Positions 40,282 to 49,318 of a DNA stretch of 64,000 nt are shown here, in pieces; the stretch's first letter is position 1; the number at the start of each line of letters is the position of its first letter. The DNA is taken from assembly GCA_026985555.1 (NCBI GenBank), contig JALSQF010000007.1, positions 1,099 through 65,098 of the forward strand. The letters are read 5' to 3'. The DNA is from Candidatus Moraniibacteriota bacterium (GTDB taxonomy: Bacteria > Patescibacteriota > Minisyncoccia > Moranbacterales > UBA9337). A program made the position numbers and the translations under genes. Below the pieces are notes generated by a model that was not told the DNA's origin, made no database searches, and saw only the letters and a list, made by a program, of their open reading frames with translations.

Positions 40282-41490
40282 ATGATCTTTATTTTTAAAG
40301 CTAAAACAAACAAAGGCGATATCAAAAAAGGAAAAATAGAAGCATTAAGCAGAGAAGCAGCTGTGCGGACTTTACAAGATAATAATTTAATACCCATCTT
40401 TATCACACAACAGAAGGAAGAACCAGAAATTTTAAAAGAATTAAAAAGAGTCTGGGAAGGAGTTACTACTAAAGATTTAATGTTTCTTTTTCGTCAGTTA
40501 GCTACTTTGATTGGAGCTAGAGTGCCTATTGTATCATCCTTAAAAGCTATTTCAGATCAAAGCAATAACAAGTATTTAAAAGAAGTCTTAAATGATATTA
40601 TAGAAAATGTAGAAGATGGAATGTCTTTATCAGAAGCTATGAAAAATCATCCCGATGTTTTTTCTAGTATAGAAATAAATTTAATTGCTGCTGGAGAAGT
40701 TTCTGGTGGCTTACAGAAAACCATAGAATATATTGCTAACAATATAGAAAAAAACTATAAACTAACTTCTAAAGTAAAAGGAGCTTTGTTTTATCCTGCT
40801 TTTGTGGTGAGTGCTGCGGGTTTAATTGGATTTCTAACAATTAGTTTTATTTTACCTAATATTACTAGCATTATTAAAGACATGGAATTAGAGGTGGCTT
40901 GGTATACTCAAGCATTGATGTCTTTAGGTGATTTTATGAAAGCTTATTGGTGGGCGGTTTTAATAGCTATATTTAGTGCTATAGGTGGTTTTATTTATTA
41001 TATTAATACTTCTGCAGGAAGAAAAGATTGGGATATTTTGCAGTTGAAAATACCTGTTATTGGAAAAATATTACGCTATGTCTATCTTTCTCGTTTTGGA
41101 AGTAATTTAGCTATTCTTTTAAAAGGGGGTTTGCCAGTGGTGAAAGCCTTGATTATTTCTTCTAGTGTAGTAGGTAACGGAGTGTATCGGGGTATAATTT
41201 TAAAAGCGGCTGATGAAGTGAAGGTAGGAGGAACAATGAGTAGTTATTTTCAAGGTGTCAGAGAAATTCCACCCATTGTTACTAAAATGATTAAAGTGGG
41301 AGAGGAAACAGGAAAGCTAGATGAATCCTTATCTAATGTGGCTAATTTTTATGAAGGAGAAGCTGATAATATGGTAAGAAATTTATCTACCTTAATTGAA
41401 CCGGTATTAATTGTTATTTTAGGCATAGGTGTAGCTATTTTAGTGTTTGGAATTATGATGCCTATTTATGGAATTATTAATCAATTGTAA
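40282..41490 (+). CDS. pilC: Type IV pilus inner-membrane platform protein PilC (GspF family)
   Basis: Two GspF repeats with three TM helices. The spacing fits the T2SSF domain. Confidence 0.8.
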   Translation: MIFIFKAKTNKGDIKKGKIEALSREAAVRTLQDNNLIPIFITQQKEEPEILKELKRVWEGVTTKDLMFLFRQLATLIGARVPIVSSLKAISDQSNNKYLKEVLNDIIENVEDGMSLSEAMKNHPDVFSSIEINLIAAGEVSGGLQKTIEYIANNIEKNYKLTSKVKGALFYPAFVVSAAGLIGFLTISFILPNITSIIKDMELEVAWYTQALMSLGDFMKAYWWAVLIAIFSAIGGFIYYINTSAGRKDWDILQLKIPVIGKILRYVYLSRFGSNLAILLKGGLPVVKALIISSSVVGNGVYRGIILKAADEVKVGGTMSSYFQGVREIPPIVTKMIKVGEETGKLDESLSNVANFYEGEADNMVRNLSTLIEPVLIVILGIGVAILVFGIMMPIYGIINQL

Positions 41491-41617
41491 ACAGATATTT
41501 TTTAAAGAGTAATAATCTGTTATAATAGATAAAGTGAAACATTAATAATAATTTGAAGAAGGAAAGTTTTAATATAGTTAATAACTAAAATAAAAATAGA
41601 ATGGAGGTGAAATATAA

Positions 41618-42061
41618 ATGATAAATCAAACTAAAAAAGGATTTACTTTAATTGAATTATTGATTGTGATTGCTATTATTGGTATTTTAGCTTCTATTAT
41701 TTTGGTAAGTTTGAATAGTGCAAGAAATAAGGCAACGGTAGCTGCCTATAAGTCAACAGTTAGTAGTTTAGTTCCGGCAGTAACAATGTGTTGTGATAAT
41801 GCTACTAATACTCTTCAAACTACTGCTGGAAGTGATATATGTAGTGTTGCAGTTGGTTCTAATCTTCCTTCAGCAGCTGATATGAAAGCATCATCTGTAA
41901 CATATGCATCTGTAAATGATTGCAGCACAAGTAATCCTGCTATTTCCGTTACACCTGCAGGCTTACCTATCTCTGCTTGTAATGCAACTGTTTATGTGTC
42001 AACACAAGGAATTTATTCTGATTCTAGTTTAACAACTTCTGGTTTTCCGTCAGGTTGTTAA
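41618..42061 (+). CDS. Type IV pilin (class III signal peptide), Cys-rich variable domain, ends in SGC
   Basis: [20 protein letters not shown] is a prepilin leader with G-1, F+1 and E+5. GGAGGTG Shine-Dalgarno upstream. Elevated local GC and Ala/Ser/Thr content. A terminator lies downstream. Confidence 0.75.
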   Translation: MINQTKKGFTLIELLIVIAIIGILASIILVSLNSARNKATVAAYKSTVSSLVPAVTMCCDNATNTLQTTAGSDICSVAVGSNLPSAADMKASSVTYASVNDCSTSNPAISVTPAGLPISACNATVYVSTQGIYSDSSLTTSGFPSGC

Positions 42062-42079
42062 TTTCACTCAAAGATTTTT

Positions 42080-42117
42080 TTGCTTGTTGAATAATTCAAC
42101 AAGCAAGTTAAGTTTTT
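42080..42117 (+). terminator. Rho-independent terminator after the first pilin gene
   Basis: 12-bp stem TTGCTTGTTGAA / TTCAACAAGCAA with a 3-nt loop, then a TTTTT run. Confidence 0.6.
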
Positions 42118-42508
42118 GAATGAAATAATATATGGTTTATTTATTAAGTGGCGCACAATGAAAACAGATCAAATAGCGATTAAAAAACATTTTTTAATTT
42201 TCATATTTAGTGGGTTGTTTTTAATGGGAACACTATTTTTATTTGGAAAAGCCAGTAATCAAGCAAATATTAAAAAAGTGGAGTTTGGTTATCCCTTTAG
42301 TTTTTTAAAAGAAGATTTCAGTGATTATAATGAAAATTTTTCTTTTTTTCCTCGTTATTTTAAATTAGAACTAAAAAAGCTTTTTTGGAAAAATGTTAAT
42401 TGGATAAATTTGTTATTCTCTTGGCTAAGCATATTTTTTGGTTTAGAATTAATTATTTATATATTAGAAGAAATAATTTTTAGAATTAAATTGAGATTTA
42501 AAAAATAA
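42116..42508 (+). CDS. Hypothetical small membrane protein between the two pilin paralogs
   Basis: 130 aa with two TM helices and no motif. Confidence 0.3.
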   Translation: MNEIIYGLFIKWRTMKTDQIAIKKHFLIFIFSGLFLMGTLFLFGKASNQANIKKVEFGYPFSFLKEDFSDYNENFSFFPRYFKLELKKLFWKNVNWINLLFSWLSIFFGLELIIYILEEIIFRIKLRFKK

Positions 42509-42515
42509 AAAGAAA

Positions 42516-42938
42516 ATGAAAATAAATTTTAAAAAAAAAGGATTTACTTTAATTGAATTATTGATTGTGGTGGCCATTATTAGTATTTTAGTGTCTGTTA
42601 TTTTAGTTTCAGTTATTTCCGGCAAAAGAAAAGCAAAAGATGCTTCTTTCAAGAGCACTGTTAGTAGTTTAAGTAAAGCGATGGTGATGTGTTGTGGTAA
42701 AAGAAATGGATTAATTCAAACAGATGTAGATGGGAGTGTGTGTAATCCTCCTGATGCAGGAGTTAATTATCCAGGATCTGATAGTATTGGTAGCATAGAT
42801 GTTTCTGCAGGTTCTAATCATAATTGTTCTAATGGCTCTTTTCGTGTAACTGTTACTCCAGGAAGTAAAAATAAAGGTAATTGTAATAGTGCAGTAATTA
42901 CAATAAATGGTCCTGATTATAGTAATTCTGGATGTTAG
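42516..42938 (+). CDS. Type IV pilin, paralog of 41618-42061
   Basis: [20 protein letters not shown] leader. It shares the KSTVSSL...MCC core and the terminal SGC with the first pilin. Confidence 0.75.
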   Translation: MKINFKKKGFTLIELLIVVAIISILVSVILVSVISGKRKAKDASFKSTVSSLSKAMVMCCGKRNGLIQTDVDGSVCNPPDAGVNYPGSDSIGSIDVSAGSNHNCSNGSFRVTVTPGSKNKGNCNSAVITINGPDYSNSGC

Positions 42939-42975
42939 TTTTTTAATCAAGAATAATCAATTTTTAATAGGAAAT

Positions 42976-43782
42976 ATGGAGTTGATTATATTTTTTATTG
43001 TAGGTCTTATGGTGGGTAGTTTTTTGAATGTGGTAATTTATCGCTTAAACTTAGCAGAATCTATTTTTTGGGGAAGATCACATTGTCCTCATTGTAAGGC
43101 TAAAATTAATTGGTATGACAATATTCCTTTGTTAAGTTTTATTTTGTTGCAAGGAAAATGTCGCTATTGTGGAGAAAAAATATCTTGGCAATATCCTATA
43201 GTGGAATTTTCAACGGGATTATCTTTTATCTTGTTAGCGGAAATTTTTTTGCAAAATCATTCTTGGTTAAATTGGTTAGAAGTAATTTTTTATTTGGTGT
43301 TAGTAAGTTTACTGATAGTTATTTTGGTCTACGATCTTAAGTTTTTAAAAATACCTTTATTAATTATTTGGTTAGCCGTAGCTTGGACAAGCGCTTATTA
43401 TTTATTAGTAGATAGCTTTAATTTTCCTGTTTTAATTAATTTTTGGGATTCTCGTTTTTTAAGCGGTTTAATAGGCGGAGCGATAGCCAGTAGCTTCTTT
43501 TTATTTTTAGTAATTATTTCACGAGAAAAATGGATGGGAATGGGAGATGTTTATTTGGGTTTTTTAATCGGATTAGTAATTGGTTGGCCAAATATTTTAT
43601 TAGTTTTAATGCTTTCTTTTTTGTTAGGATCAGTGGTAGGACTTACTTTAGTGATAAGTAAAAGAAAAAAAATGAGTAGCCAATTACCTTTCGGACCATT
43701 TTTAATAATTAGTTTATTTTTAATTATTTTTTTGTTAAAATTTTTTCCAGCTATAGATAGTTATTTAAGATTTTATTATTAA
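42976..43782 (+). CDS. pilD: Prepilin peptidase / N-methyltransferase (A24 family)
   Basis: Tetracysteine CPHC...CRYC zinc motif, the catalytic Asp region DLKFLKIP, and the GMGDVYL motif. The start was moved to the ATG at 42976 within the track ORF. Confidence 0.8.
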   Translation: MELIIFFIVGLMVGSFLNVVIYRLNLAESIFWGRSHCPHCKAKINWYDNIPLLSFILLQGKCRYCGEKISWQYPIVEFSTGLSFILLAEIFLQNHSWLNWLEVIFYLVLVSLLIVILVYDLKFLKIPLLIIWLAVAWTSAYYLLVDSFNFPVLINFWDSRFLSGLIGGAIASSFFLFLVIISREKWMGMGDVYLGFLIGLVIGWPNILLVLMLSFLLGSVVGLTLVISKRKKMSSQLPFGPFLIISLFLIIFLLKFFPAIDSYLRFYY

Positions 43783-43805
43783 ATAAAAAATAATTTTCCA
43801 TAAAA

Positions 43806-44297
43806 ATGTTTAATGCAATAAAAAATTATAAAAAAAATCAAGGAGTAACCTTAATTGAATTAGTGGTAGTAATAGCTATTATTAGTATTATGTCAGTGGT
43901 TGTTTTGGTTATAGTGAGTAAACAAACAAGAACTAAAAAAGATTTAGAAATAGAGGCTAGAAAAGTTCTAGCCGTTATAGAACAAACAAGAAATTTTTCT
44001 TTAACGGGTAAAAACGCTGGAACAAATAATTGCACAAATAATGTTTTTGAAGCTGCTATGGGTGGAGATCATACTAAATATGGTATTTCTGGTTGTAATT
44101 CTGTTGTCTATAATTTAAGCTCTGGTTTTACTTTTGATTCGTCTGTTAGTTTTGCTTTTAGTATTCCACATGGTAAACTAGATTTTGGAAGTGGGTGCAA
44201 AGATGTGCATATAAAGAAAAATAATCAGCATTATCATATTTGTGTTTATTCCAATGGAGAAGTTGAATTAAAGGGAGGTCAAAGTTGTGGTTGTTAA
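43806..44297 (+). CDS. Pilin-like protein (prepilin-type N-terminus, Cys-rich C-terminus)
   Basis: NQGVTLIELVVVIAIISIM leader. The C-terminus GGQSCGC is reminiscent of the SGC ends of the major pilins. Confidence 0.55.
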   Translation: MFNAIKNYKKNQGVTLIELVVVIAIISIMSVVVLVIVSKQTRTKKDLEIEARKVLAVIEQTRNFSLTGKNAGTNNCTNNVFEAAMGGDHTKYGISGCNSVVYNLSSGFTFDSSVSFAFSIPHGKLDFGSGCKDVHIKKNNQHYHICVYSNGEVELKGGQSCGC

Positions 44298-44331
44298 CTA
44301 AATTTATAAAATTATCCAAAGAAAAAATATT

Positions 44332-44937
44332 ATGTTAAAAAAGAATCTTAAAAAACAGAAAATTAAGAAGAAGAAAAGAAATTATTTTCTTCCGGGTTTT
44401 TCTTTGGGAGAGGTTCTTTTATCCGTATTTATTTTAGCTTCAGTTTTAACTGTGGCAGTGGGATTAATAGCTGGAGATTTGCGCTATATGATAAATAGCC
44501 AAGATAGGGTAATTGCTAGTGGTTTAGCCCAGGAAGGAATAGAATTAGTGATGAATATTCGGGATAATAATTGGGAGAAAGGAAATGGAGCCTTTGAAAA
44601 TGGTTTTCCTAATGATAGTAGTTATAATCAAATAATAAATTATGATAGTAATAGTCTAGAATCAGGATCAAGAAAGAACAAATTAAATATTAATAACAAT
44701 AATTTTTATACTCACAATAGTGGCACAGAGACAAAGTTTCAAAGAAAAATTATTGTTAATTATTATCAAAATGGTAGTAGTATCAATAGTAAAAATAATG
44801 CTGACGAAGCAGAAATATTTTCAGTAGTTATATGGGGAAATAGTTTTCCATCAGGAACATCAATAAATGAAAGTAATTGTAATGCTTCTACTAAGTGCGC
44901 CTTTGCTAAAGTAACCTTAACTAAATGGAATGGATAA
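44332..44937 (+). CDS. Minor pilin/pseudopilin-like protein
   Basis: PGFSLGEVLLSVFILASVL is a prepilin cleavage/methylation motif with Glu at +5. It overlaps the next gene by 8 nt. Confidence 0.5.
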   Translation: MLKKNLKKQKIKKKKRNYFLPGFSLGEVLLSVFILASVLTVAVGLIAGDLRYMINSQDRVIASGLAQEGIELVMNIRDNNWEKGNGAFENGFPNDSSYNQIINYDSNSLESGSRKNKLNINNNNFYTHNSGTETKFQRKIIVNYYQNGSSINSKNNADEAEIFSVVIWGNSFPSGTSINESNCNASTKCAFAKVTLTKWNG

Positions 44938-45478
44938 AAATATGTTAAAGAAAAAAATAATCTTTAAGGACAAGAGAAACAAGCAAGCTTTTACTTTAAT
45001 AGAAGTAGTGGTCGCTATGGCAATTTTTTCTATTATTATGTTAGCGGTTACTCAGGTTTTTGTGAGTATTATAAAAAGTTATCGGGTAGCTAAACGAATG
45101 CAAAGAAATATAGAAAATTCTCAGTATGCATTGAATTTTATTAGTAAAACACTGAGAACGAGTGAAATAAAAGATTCTTCTGATCCTTCTACTTTAGAAC
45201 TTTTTGATCCTTCTCAGGGAAAGTGTTTTGTTTTTCAATTAAAGGATAATCATTTGCAATGGGCATCAGATGATTCAAATTCTCCTACTCAATTATCTGA
45301 GTGTAATTTTGGTAGTATGTTCCCAGTTAATTTTATTAATAGTGAAATTACCGGTAGATTTCTTATAGTTTCAAATAATTCAGGAAATACAGTAGGAAAA
45401 GTGACGATTAATTTAACAACACAAGAGGGAAATAAGTCAGCTCATTTTCAAACTACACTTTCTTTAAGAAATCATTAA
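44930..45478 (+). CDS. Minor pilin/pseudopilin-like protein
   Basis: KQAFTLIEVVVAMAIFSI prepilin leader. Confidence 0.55.
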   Translation: MDKNMLKKKIIFKDKRNKQAFTLIEVVVAMAIFSIIMLAVTQVFVSIIKSYRVAKRMQRNIENSQYALNFISKTLRTSEIKDSSDPSTLELFDPSQGKCFVFQLKDNHLQWASDDSNSPTQLSECNFGSMFPVNFINSEITGRFLIVSNNSGNTVGKVTINLTTQEGNKSAHFQTTLSLRNH

Positions 45479-45479
45479 A

Positions 45480-45701
45480 ATGTTGCGTCTTTATATTAAA
45501 GTTATCCCTCGTTCTCAAAAAAATAAAATAGAAAAAATATCTGCTGAAGAATATAAAATTTGGGTAACTGTTCCTCCGGAAAAAGGAAAAGCTAACCAAG
45601 CGGTGATTGAAGTCTTAGCTGACTATTTTCAAAAATCAAAAAGCAGAATTCAAATTAAAGCTGGAAAAAGTAGTCGTCAAAAAATAGTTGATATTTTTTA
45701 A
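45480..45701 (+). CDS. DUF167 / YggU-family protein
   Basis: 73 aa. The LYIKVIPRSQKNKI...KGKAN..VIEVLADYF pattern matches YggU/DUF167. Confidence 0.55.
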   Translation: MLRLYIKVIPRSQKNKIEKISAEEYKIWVTVPPEKGKANQAVIEVLADYFQKSKSRIQIKAGKSSRQKIVDIF

Positions 45702-45742
45702 TTTATAGTGTATACTATCAAGATAAAATAATTTATTAAGAT

Positions 45743-45770
45743 AAACTTTTCTCAAGGAAAGTTTTTTATT
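45743..45770 (+). terminator. Weak candidate intrinsic terminator after the pilus operon
   Basis: 7-bp stem AAACTTT/AAAGTTT with an 8-nt loop, followed by TTTTTTATTT. AT-rich, so low free energy. Confidence 0.35.
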
Positions 45771-45780
45771 TGTCAAAAAT

Positions 45781-47574
45781 ATGGAAATTAGAAATATAGC
45801 AATGATTGCCCATGTTGATCATGGTAAAACTACACTAACAGATGCTCTAATGCAACAAGCAGGTATGGTTAAGGAGGAAACTACGATGGATAGTAACGAC
45901 TTAGAAAAGGAAAGGGGCATTACCATTTATGCTAAAAATACTTCTATTTTTTATCAAGGAACAAAAATTAATATTGTAGATACTCCTGGACACGCTGATT
46001 TTGGTAGTGAAGTGGAAAGAGTTTTGCGCGCAGTGGATGCAGTTCTCTTAATTGTTGATGCCCAAGAAGGTCCTATGCCACAAACGAAATTTGTTTTAAA
46101 AAAATCTTTAGAACTAGGATTAAAACCCATTGTAGTCATTAATAAAATTGATAAACCGGCAGCACGTATTGCGGAAGTGGAAGAAGAAATTTTTGAATTG
46201 TTTTTAGATTTAGGAGCTAATGATGAGCAATTAGAATTTACTACTGTTTATACTGTTGCTAAACAGGGCATAGCAAAATTAAATAAGGAAGATAATCAAA
46301 AAAACAATCTCAATGATTTATTAGATGTTATTTTAAAAGAAGTTCCAGTGGCTTCTCAAAAAGAATGGCAAGAAAAAGAATTTCGTTTACAGCCTTTTAA
46401 TTTAGGTTATGATGAATTTTTAGGTCGTTTAGCTATTGGTCGTATTTACGAAGGAAAAATCAAAACGGGACAAGAAGTTTTTATTAAAAATATTCATCAA
46501 ACTAACAGAAAAGGAAAAATTACGCAATTATTTGTTTTTGAGGGAATCCAAAGGAAAGAAGTAGAAGAAGCTAGTGCCGGAGAAATTGTTATGCTAGCTG
46601 GTTTACCAGATATTGATATAGGAGAAACTATAACGAAAACAGAAAAAGCAGAATTGTTGCCAGCTATTGAAATTGATGAACCAACCATTACTTTAAATTT
46701 TTTAGTTAACGATTCTCCTTTTGCAGGAAAGGAAGGTAATCTAGTTACTAATCGTCAGATAAGAGAAAGGTTGCAAAAAGAATTAGAAGTTAACGTTGGT
46801 TTAAAAATTGATTTTTCTGCTAGTGATCATTATGCGGTATCAGGTAGAGGAGAATTGCATATTGCTATTTTATTAGAGAATATGAGGCGGGAAGGTTATG
46901 AGCTTCAAATTTCTCAACCGCAAGTTATTATTAAAGAAAATTCTCAAGGGAAAAAACAAGAACCTTTTGAAGAAGTTATTATTGAAGTTCCTGATGAAAT
47001 GAGTGGGGACGTGATTAAAAAGTTAGGGCAGCGAAAGGGAAATTTAATGACTATGCAATCAGAAAACGGAACAACTAGAATGGTTTTTGAAATTCCTACA
47101 CGAGGACTTTTAGGTTATAGAAATGAATTTGTAGTAGATACTAGAGGAGAAGGAATATTTTATAGTCGGGTAATTGGTTTTAGAGATTTTGTGGGTTCTA
47201 TTACGAGACATGTTTATGGTTCTATGATTTCTAAAGGAACAGGAAAAGCGTTAGGTTTCTCTCTATATAACTTACAGGAAAGAGGCATTTTATATATTGG
47301 AGCAGGAGAGGAAGTTTATGAAGGAATGGTAATTGGTAATGTTTCTAAAGGTAATGATATGGTGGTTAATCCACTAAAAGGAAAACACCTTACCAACATG
47401 AGAGCTTCTGGATCAGATGAAGCTATTCAGCTAACTCCTCCTTTAAAATTAAACTTAGAAAAAGGAATGGAGATTATGAAGAAAGATGAGTATTTAGAAA
47501 TTACTCCTCAGAGCATTCGTTTACGCAAGCAAGTTTTAAATGAAATAGAAAGAAAGAGAGCTAAAAGAAAATAA
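45781..47574 (+). CDS. typA: Translational GTPase TypA/BipA
   Basis: NIAMIAHVDHGKTTLTD G1 motif, DTPGHADF G3, NKIDK G4, and EF-G-like domains. 597 aa. Confidence 0.9.
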   Translation: MEIRNIAMIAHVDHGKTTLTDALMQQAGMVKEETTMDSNDLEKERGITIYAKNTSIFYQGTKINIVDTPGHADFGSEVERVLRAVDAVLLIVDAQEGPMPQTKFVLKKSLELGLKPIVVINKIDKPAARIAEVEEEIFELFLDLGANDEQLEFTTVYTVAKQGIAKLNKEDNQKNNLNDLLDVILKEVPVASQKEWQEKEFRLQPFNLGYDEFLGRLAIGRIYEGKIKTGQEVFIKNIHQTNRKGKITQLFVFEGIQRKEVEEASAGEIVMLAGLPDIDIGETITKTEKAELLPAIEIDEPTITLNFLVNDSPFAGKEGNLVTNRQIRERLQKELEVNVGLKIDFSASDHYAVSGRGELHIAILLENMRREGYELQISQPQVIIKENSQGKKQEPFEEVIIEVPDEMSGDVIKKLGQRKGNLMTMQSENGTTRMVFEIPTRGLLGYRNEFVVDTRGEGIFYSRVIGFRDFVGSITRHVYGSMISKGTGKALGFSLYNLQERGILYIGAGEEVYEGMVIGNVSKGNDMVVNPLKGKHLTNMRASGSDEAIQLTPPLKLNLEKGMEIMKKDEYLEITPQSIRLRKQVLNEIERKRAKRK

Positions 47575-47593
47575 AATATTTTTAACTAAAAAA

Positions 47594-49078
47594 TTATTTT
47601 TCTTTTAATGTAATATAAGAGAGATTTTGTAAATGATTGTGTTTATGAATAAAATATAAACGATCTTCAAAAGAATTAAAAGTGATTTTTGCAGATGCAT
47701 TAGAACAAGTAAATAAATCTTGCATATTCCGATAATCTCTCTGATCTAACTCAATGATTTTAATTTGTTTTCCTGCATTGAAAATAATATGTTCATAATC
47801 TTTATACCATTGAACATTATTTATTTTTTGAGAAAAACGAGTGATATTTTGAATTTCATCTTCTGAACGAATGGGTTGAGTTTTCCAATCACGAGTAAAA
47901 TAAACAAAAATTTCATTATTATTCCAATAAAGTAATTTTTTACCATCATCAGAAAATTGAGCATTAATAATGTTATTGTTTAATAATTTTTGATAATATT
48001 TTCTTTCTCCTTGATTATAAATATAAAGATTTCTTTCATTGTCTATAATAAATCCTCTAGTTTTATCATAAATAACTATTTTAGTGGATGGTTGTAATAC
48101 TTTATCAGAAAAAGGTTGAGTGACGGATTGGGGATCCTGATAACTTTCACCAGCTATGCGATAAATAATTGCGTCTAGAGAGGATAGAAAATAAAGTTCT
48201 TTGTCAGAAATATTATAAGCTACAATATTTTCTAATATTTTTTGAGGCTGATAAGTTTCGTTGTTAATTTTATCTAAATATAGAGCGTAAAGATTATGAT
48301 GAGCAAGAAAAAATAATCTATTTTTTTTCTTGTCATCCCAACGAACTTGTTTTATTTCCTGAGAAAAAGGAAAATTATGTTGTGAAAGTATTTCATTTAA
48401 ATTTATAATTTCTTTAGTTTTTAAAGTATAAATAAAATATTGAAAATTTTTTTCCTGATCAAGGAGAGGAATAATTAATTGCCTTTCATTAGGAGACCAT
48501 TCTATATTTTCAGAATTTAGAGGCAAAAAAGAAAATTTATCGGAAGCAAAAATATTTGTTTTTGTAAATTCTCCAAAGAGTTTTCCTTGAATTTTTAATA
48601 AAGAAATAACTATTCGCTTTCCTTTTCTTTCTTCTAAAGCAATTTTTTTATTGGAAGGGGCAATAAAAAAATTAATTAAATTATAATTAGAAAAATAAAA
48701 ATTTTCTTGATAATGTGTTTTAGCTAAGAAAATATTCCAAAATTCAGTAGAAATACCACTATGAACTATGATATGTTTTTGCCAAGTTTGATGTTTATCA
48801 GCTACGATAGAAAGAAAATGTTCTCCAGGATGAATGCCGTCAATATTGTAAGCATAATTTAAAAAATCAATTTTTCTGTCAGGTATTTTTTTGTTGTCTA
48901 AATAAATTCTTATTTTTTTTAAAGTCGTTTTTATAGTAACGGAACCGGTGTAAACAAAAATCCCGCGTTCTCTATTAAAGCGATAACCGAAAGAATAAAT
49001 GATGATAGAAGTGGCAGAGAATAAAAAAAGAAAAGTTAGAATCCAAAAAAGAATCTTGCGCGAGAGAGAACTGTTCAT
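47594..49078 (-). CDS. Hypothetical membrane-anchored protein with a PEGA-like beta-sandwich and a beta-propeller-like C-terminus
   Basis: N-terminal TM helix. The VTIKTTLKKIRIYLDNKKIP...GEHFLSIVADKHQTW segment resembles a PEGA domain. The C-terminus has repeated Y/W-rich beta-strand motifs. Confidence 0.3.
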   Translation of the reverse strand: MNSSLSRKILFWILTFLFLFSATSIIIYSFGYRFNRERGIFVYTGSVTIKTTLKKIRIYLDNKKIPDRKIDFLNYAYNIDGIHPGEHFLSIVADKHQTWQKHIIVHSGISTEFWNIFLAKTHYQENFYFSNYNLINFFIAPSNKKIALEERKGKRIVISLLKIQGKLFGEFTKTNIFASDKFSFLPLNSENIEWSPNERQLIIPLLDQEKNFQYFIYTLKTKEIINLNEILSQHNFPFSQEIKQVRWDDKKKNRLFFLAHHNLYALYLDKINNETYQPQKILENIVAYNISDKELYFLSSLDAIIYRIAGESYQDPQSVTQPFSDKVLQPSTKIVIYDKTRGFIIDNERNLYIYNQGERKYYQKLLNNNIINAQFSDDGKKLLYWNNNEIFVYFTRDWKTQPIRSEDEIQNITRFSQKINNVQWYKDYEHIIFNAGKQIKIIELDQRDYRNMQDLFTCSNASAKITFNSFEDRLYFIHKHNHLQNLSYITLKEK

Positions 49079-49096
49079 AAAAAAATAAATTTAAGG

Positions 49097-49169
49097 TGCG
49101 CCGTGAGGGATTCGAACCCCCGACCATCAGCTTAAAAGGCTGCTGCTCTACCACCTGAGCTAACGGCGC
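49097..49169 (-). tRNA. tRNA-Lys (anticodon UUU)
   Basis: The reverse complement reads GCGCCGT-TA-GCTC-AGGTGGTA-GAGC-A-GCAGC-CTTTTAA-GCTGA-TGGTC-GGGGG-TTCGAAT-CCCTC-ACGGCGC-A with a 7-bp acceptor stem. It has a TTCGAAT T-loop, a UUU anticodon flanked by C/U and A, and a CC-tail. Confidence 0.85.
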
Positions 49170-49318
49170 TTAAAAATATTGCAAAAAGAACAACAATTAA
49201 TATTATTGACCAAACTAAAAAAATAGTCAATACTTTAAAATAACTTTCATTTTTAATATTATGTGTTATTATAACATATAATATTGTTTATAAAACATTA
49301 TAATATTACCAAAATCTT

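Noticed and set aside
39675-44035. Short antisense or overlapping ORFs within the pilus genes (39675-39863, 40167-40406, 42464-42658, 42711-42950, 43158-43340, 43838-44035)
   Set aside because: All lie inside or antisense to confidently identified pilT, pilC, pilin and pilD genes and lack start context.
45954-46688. Two short minus-strand ORFs inside typA
   Set aside because: Antisense to a highly conserved GTPase gene.
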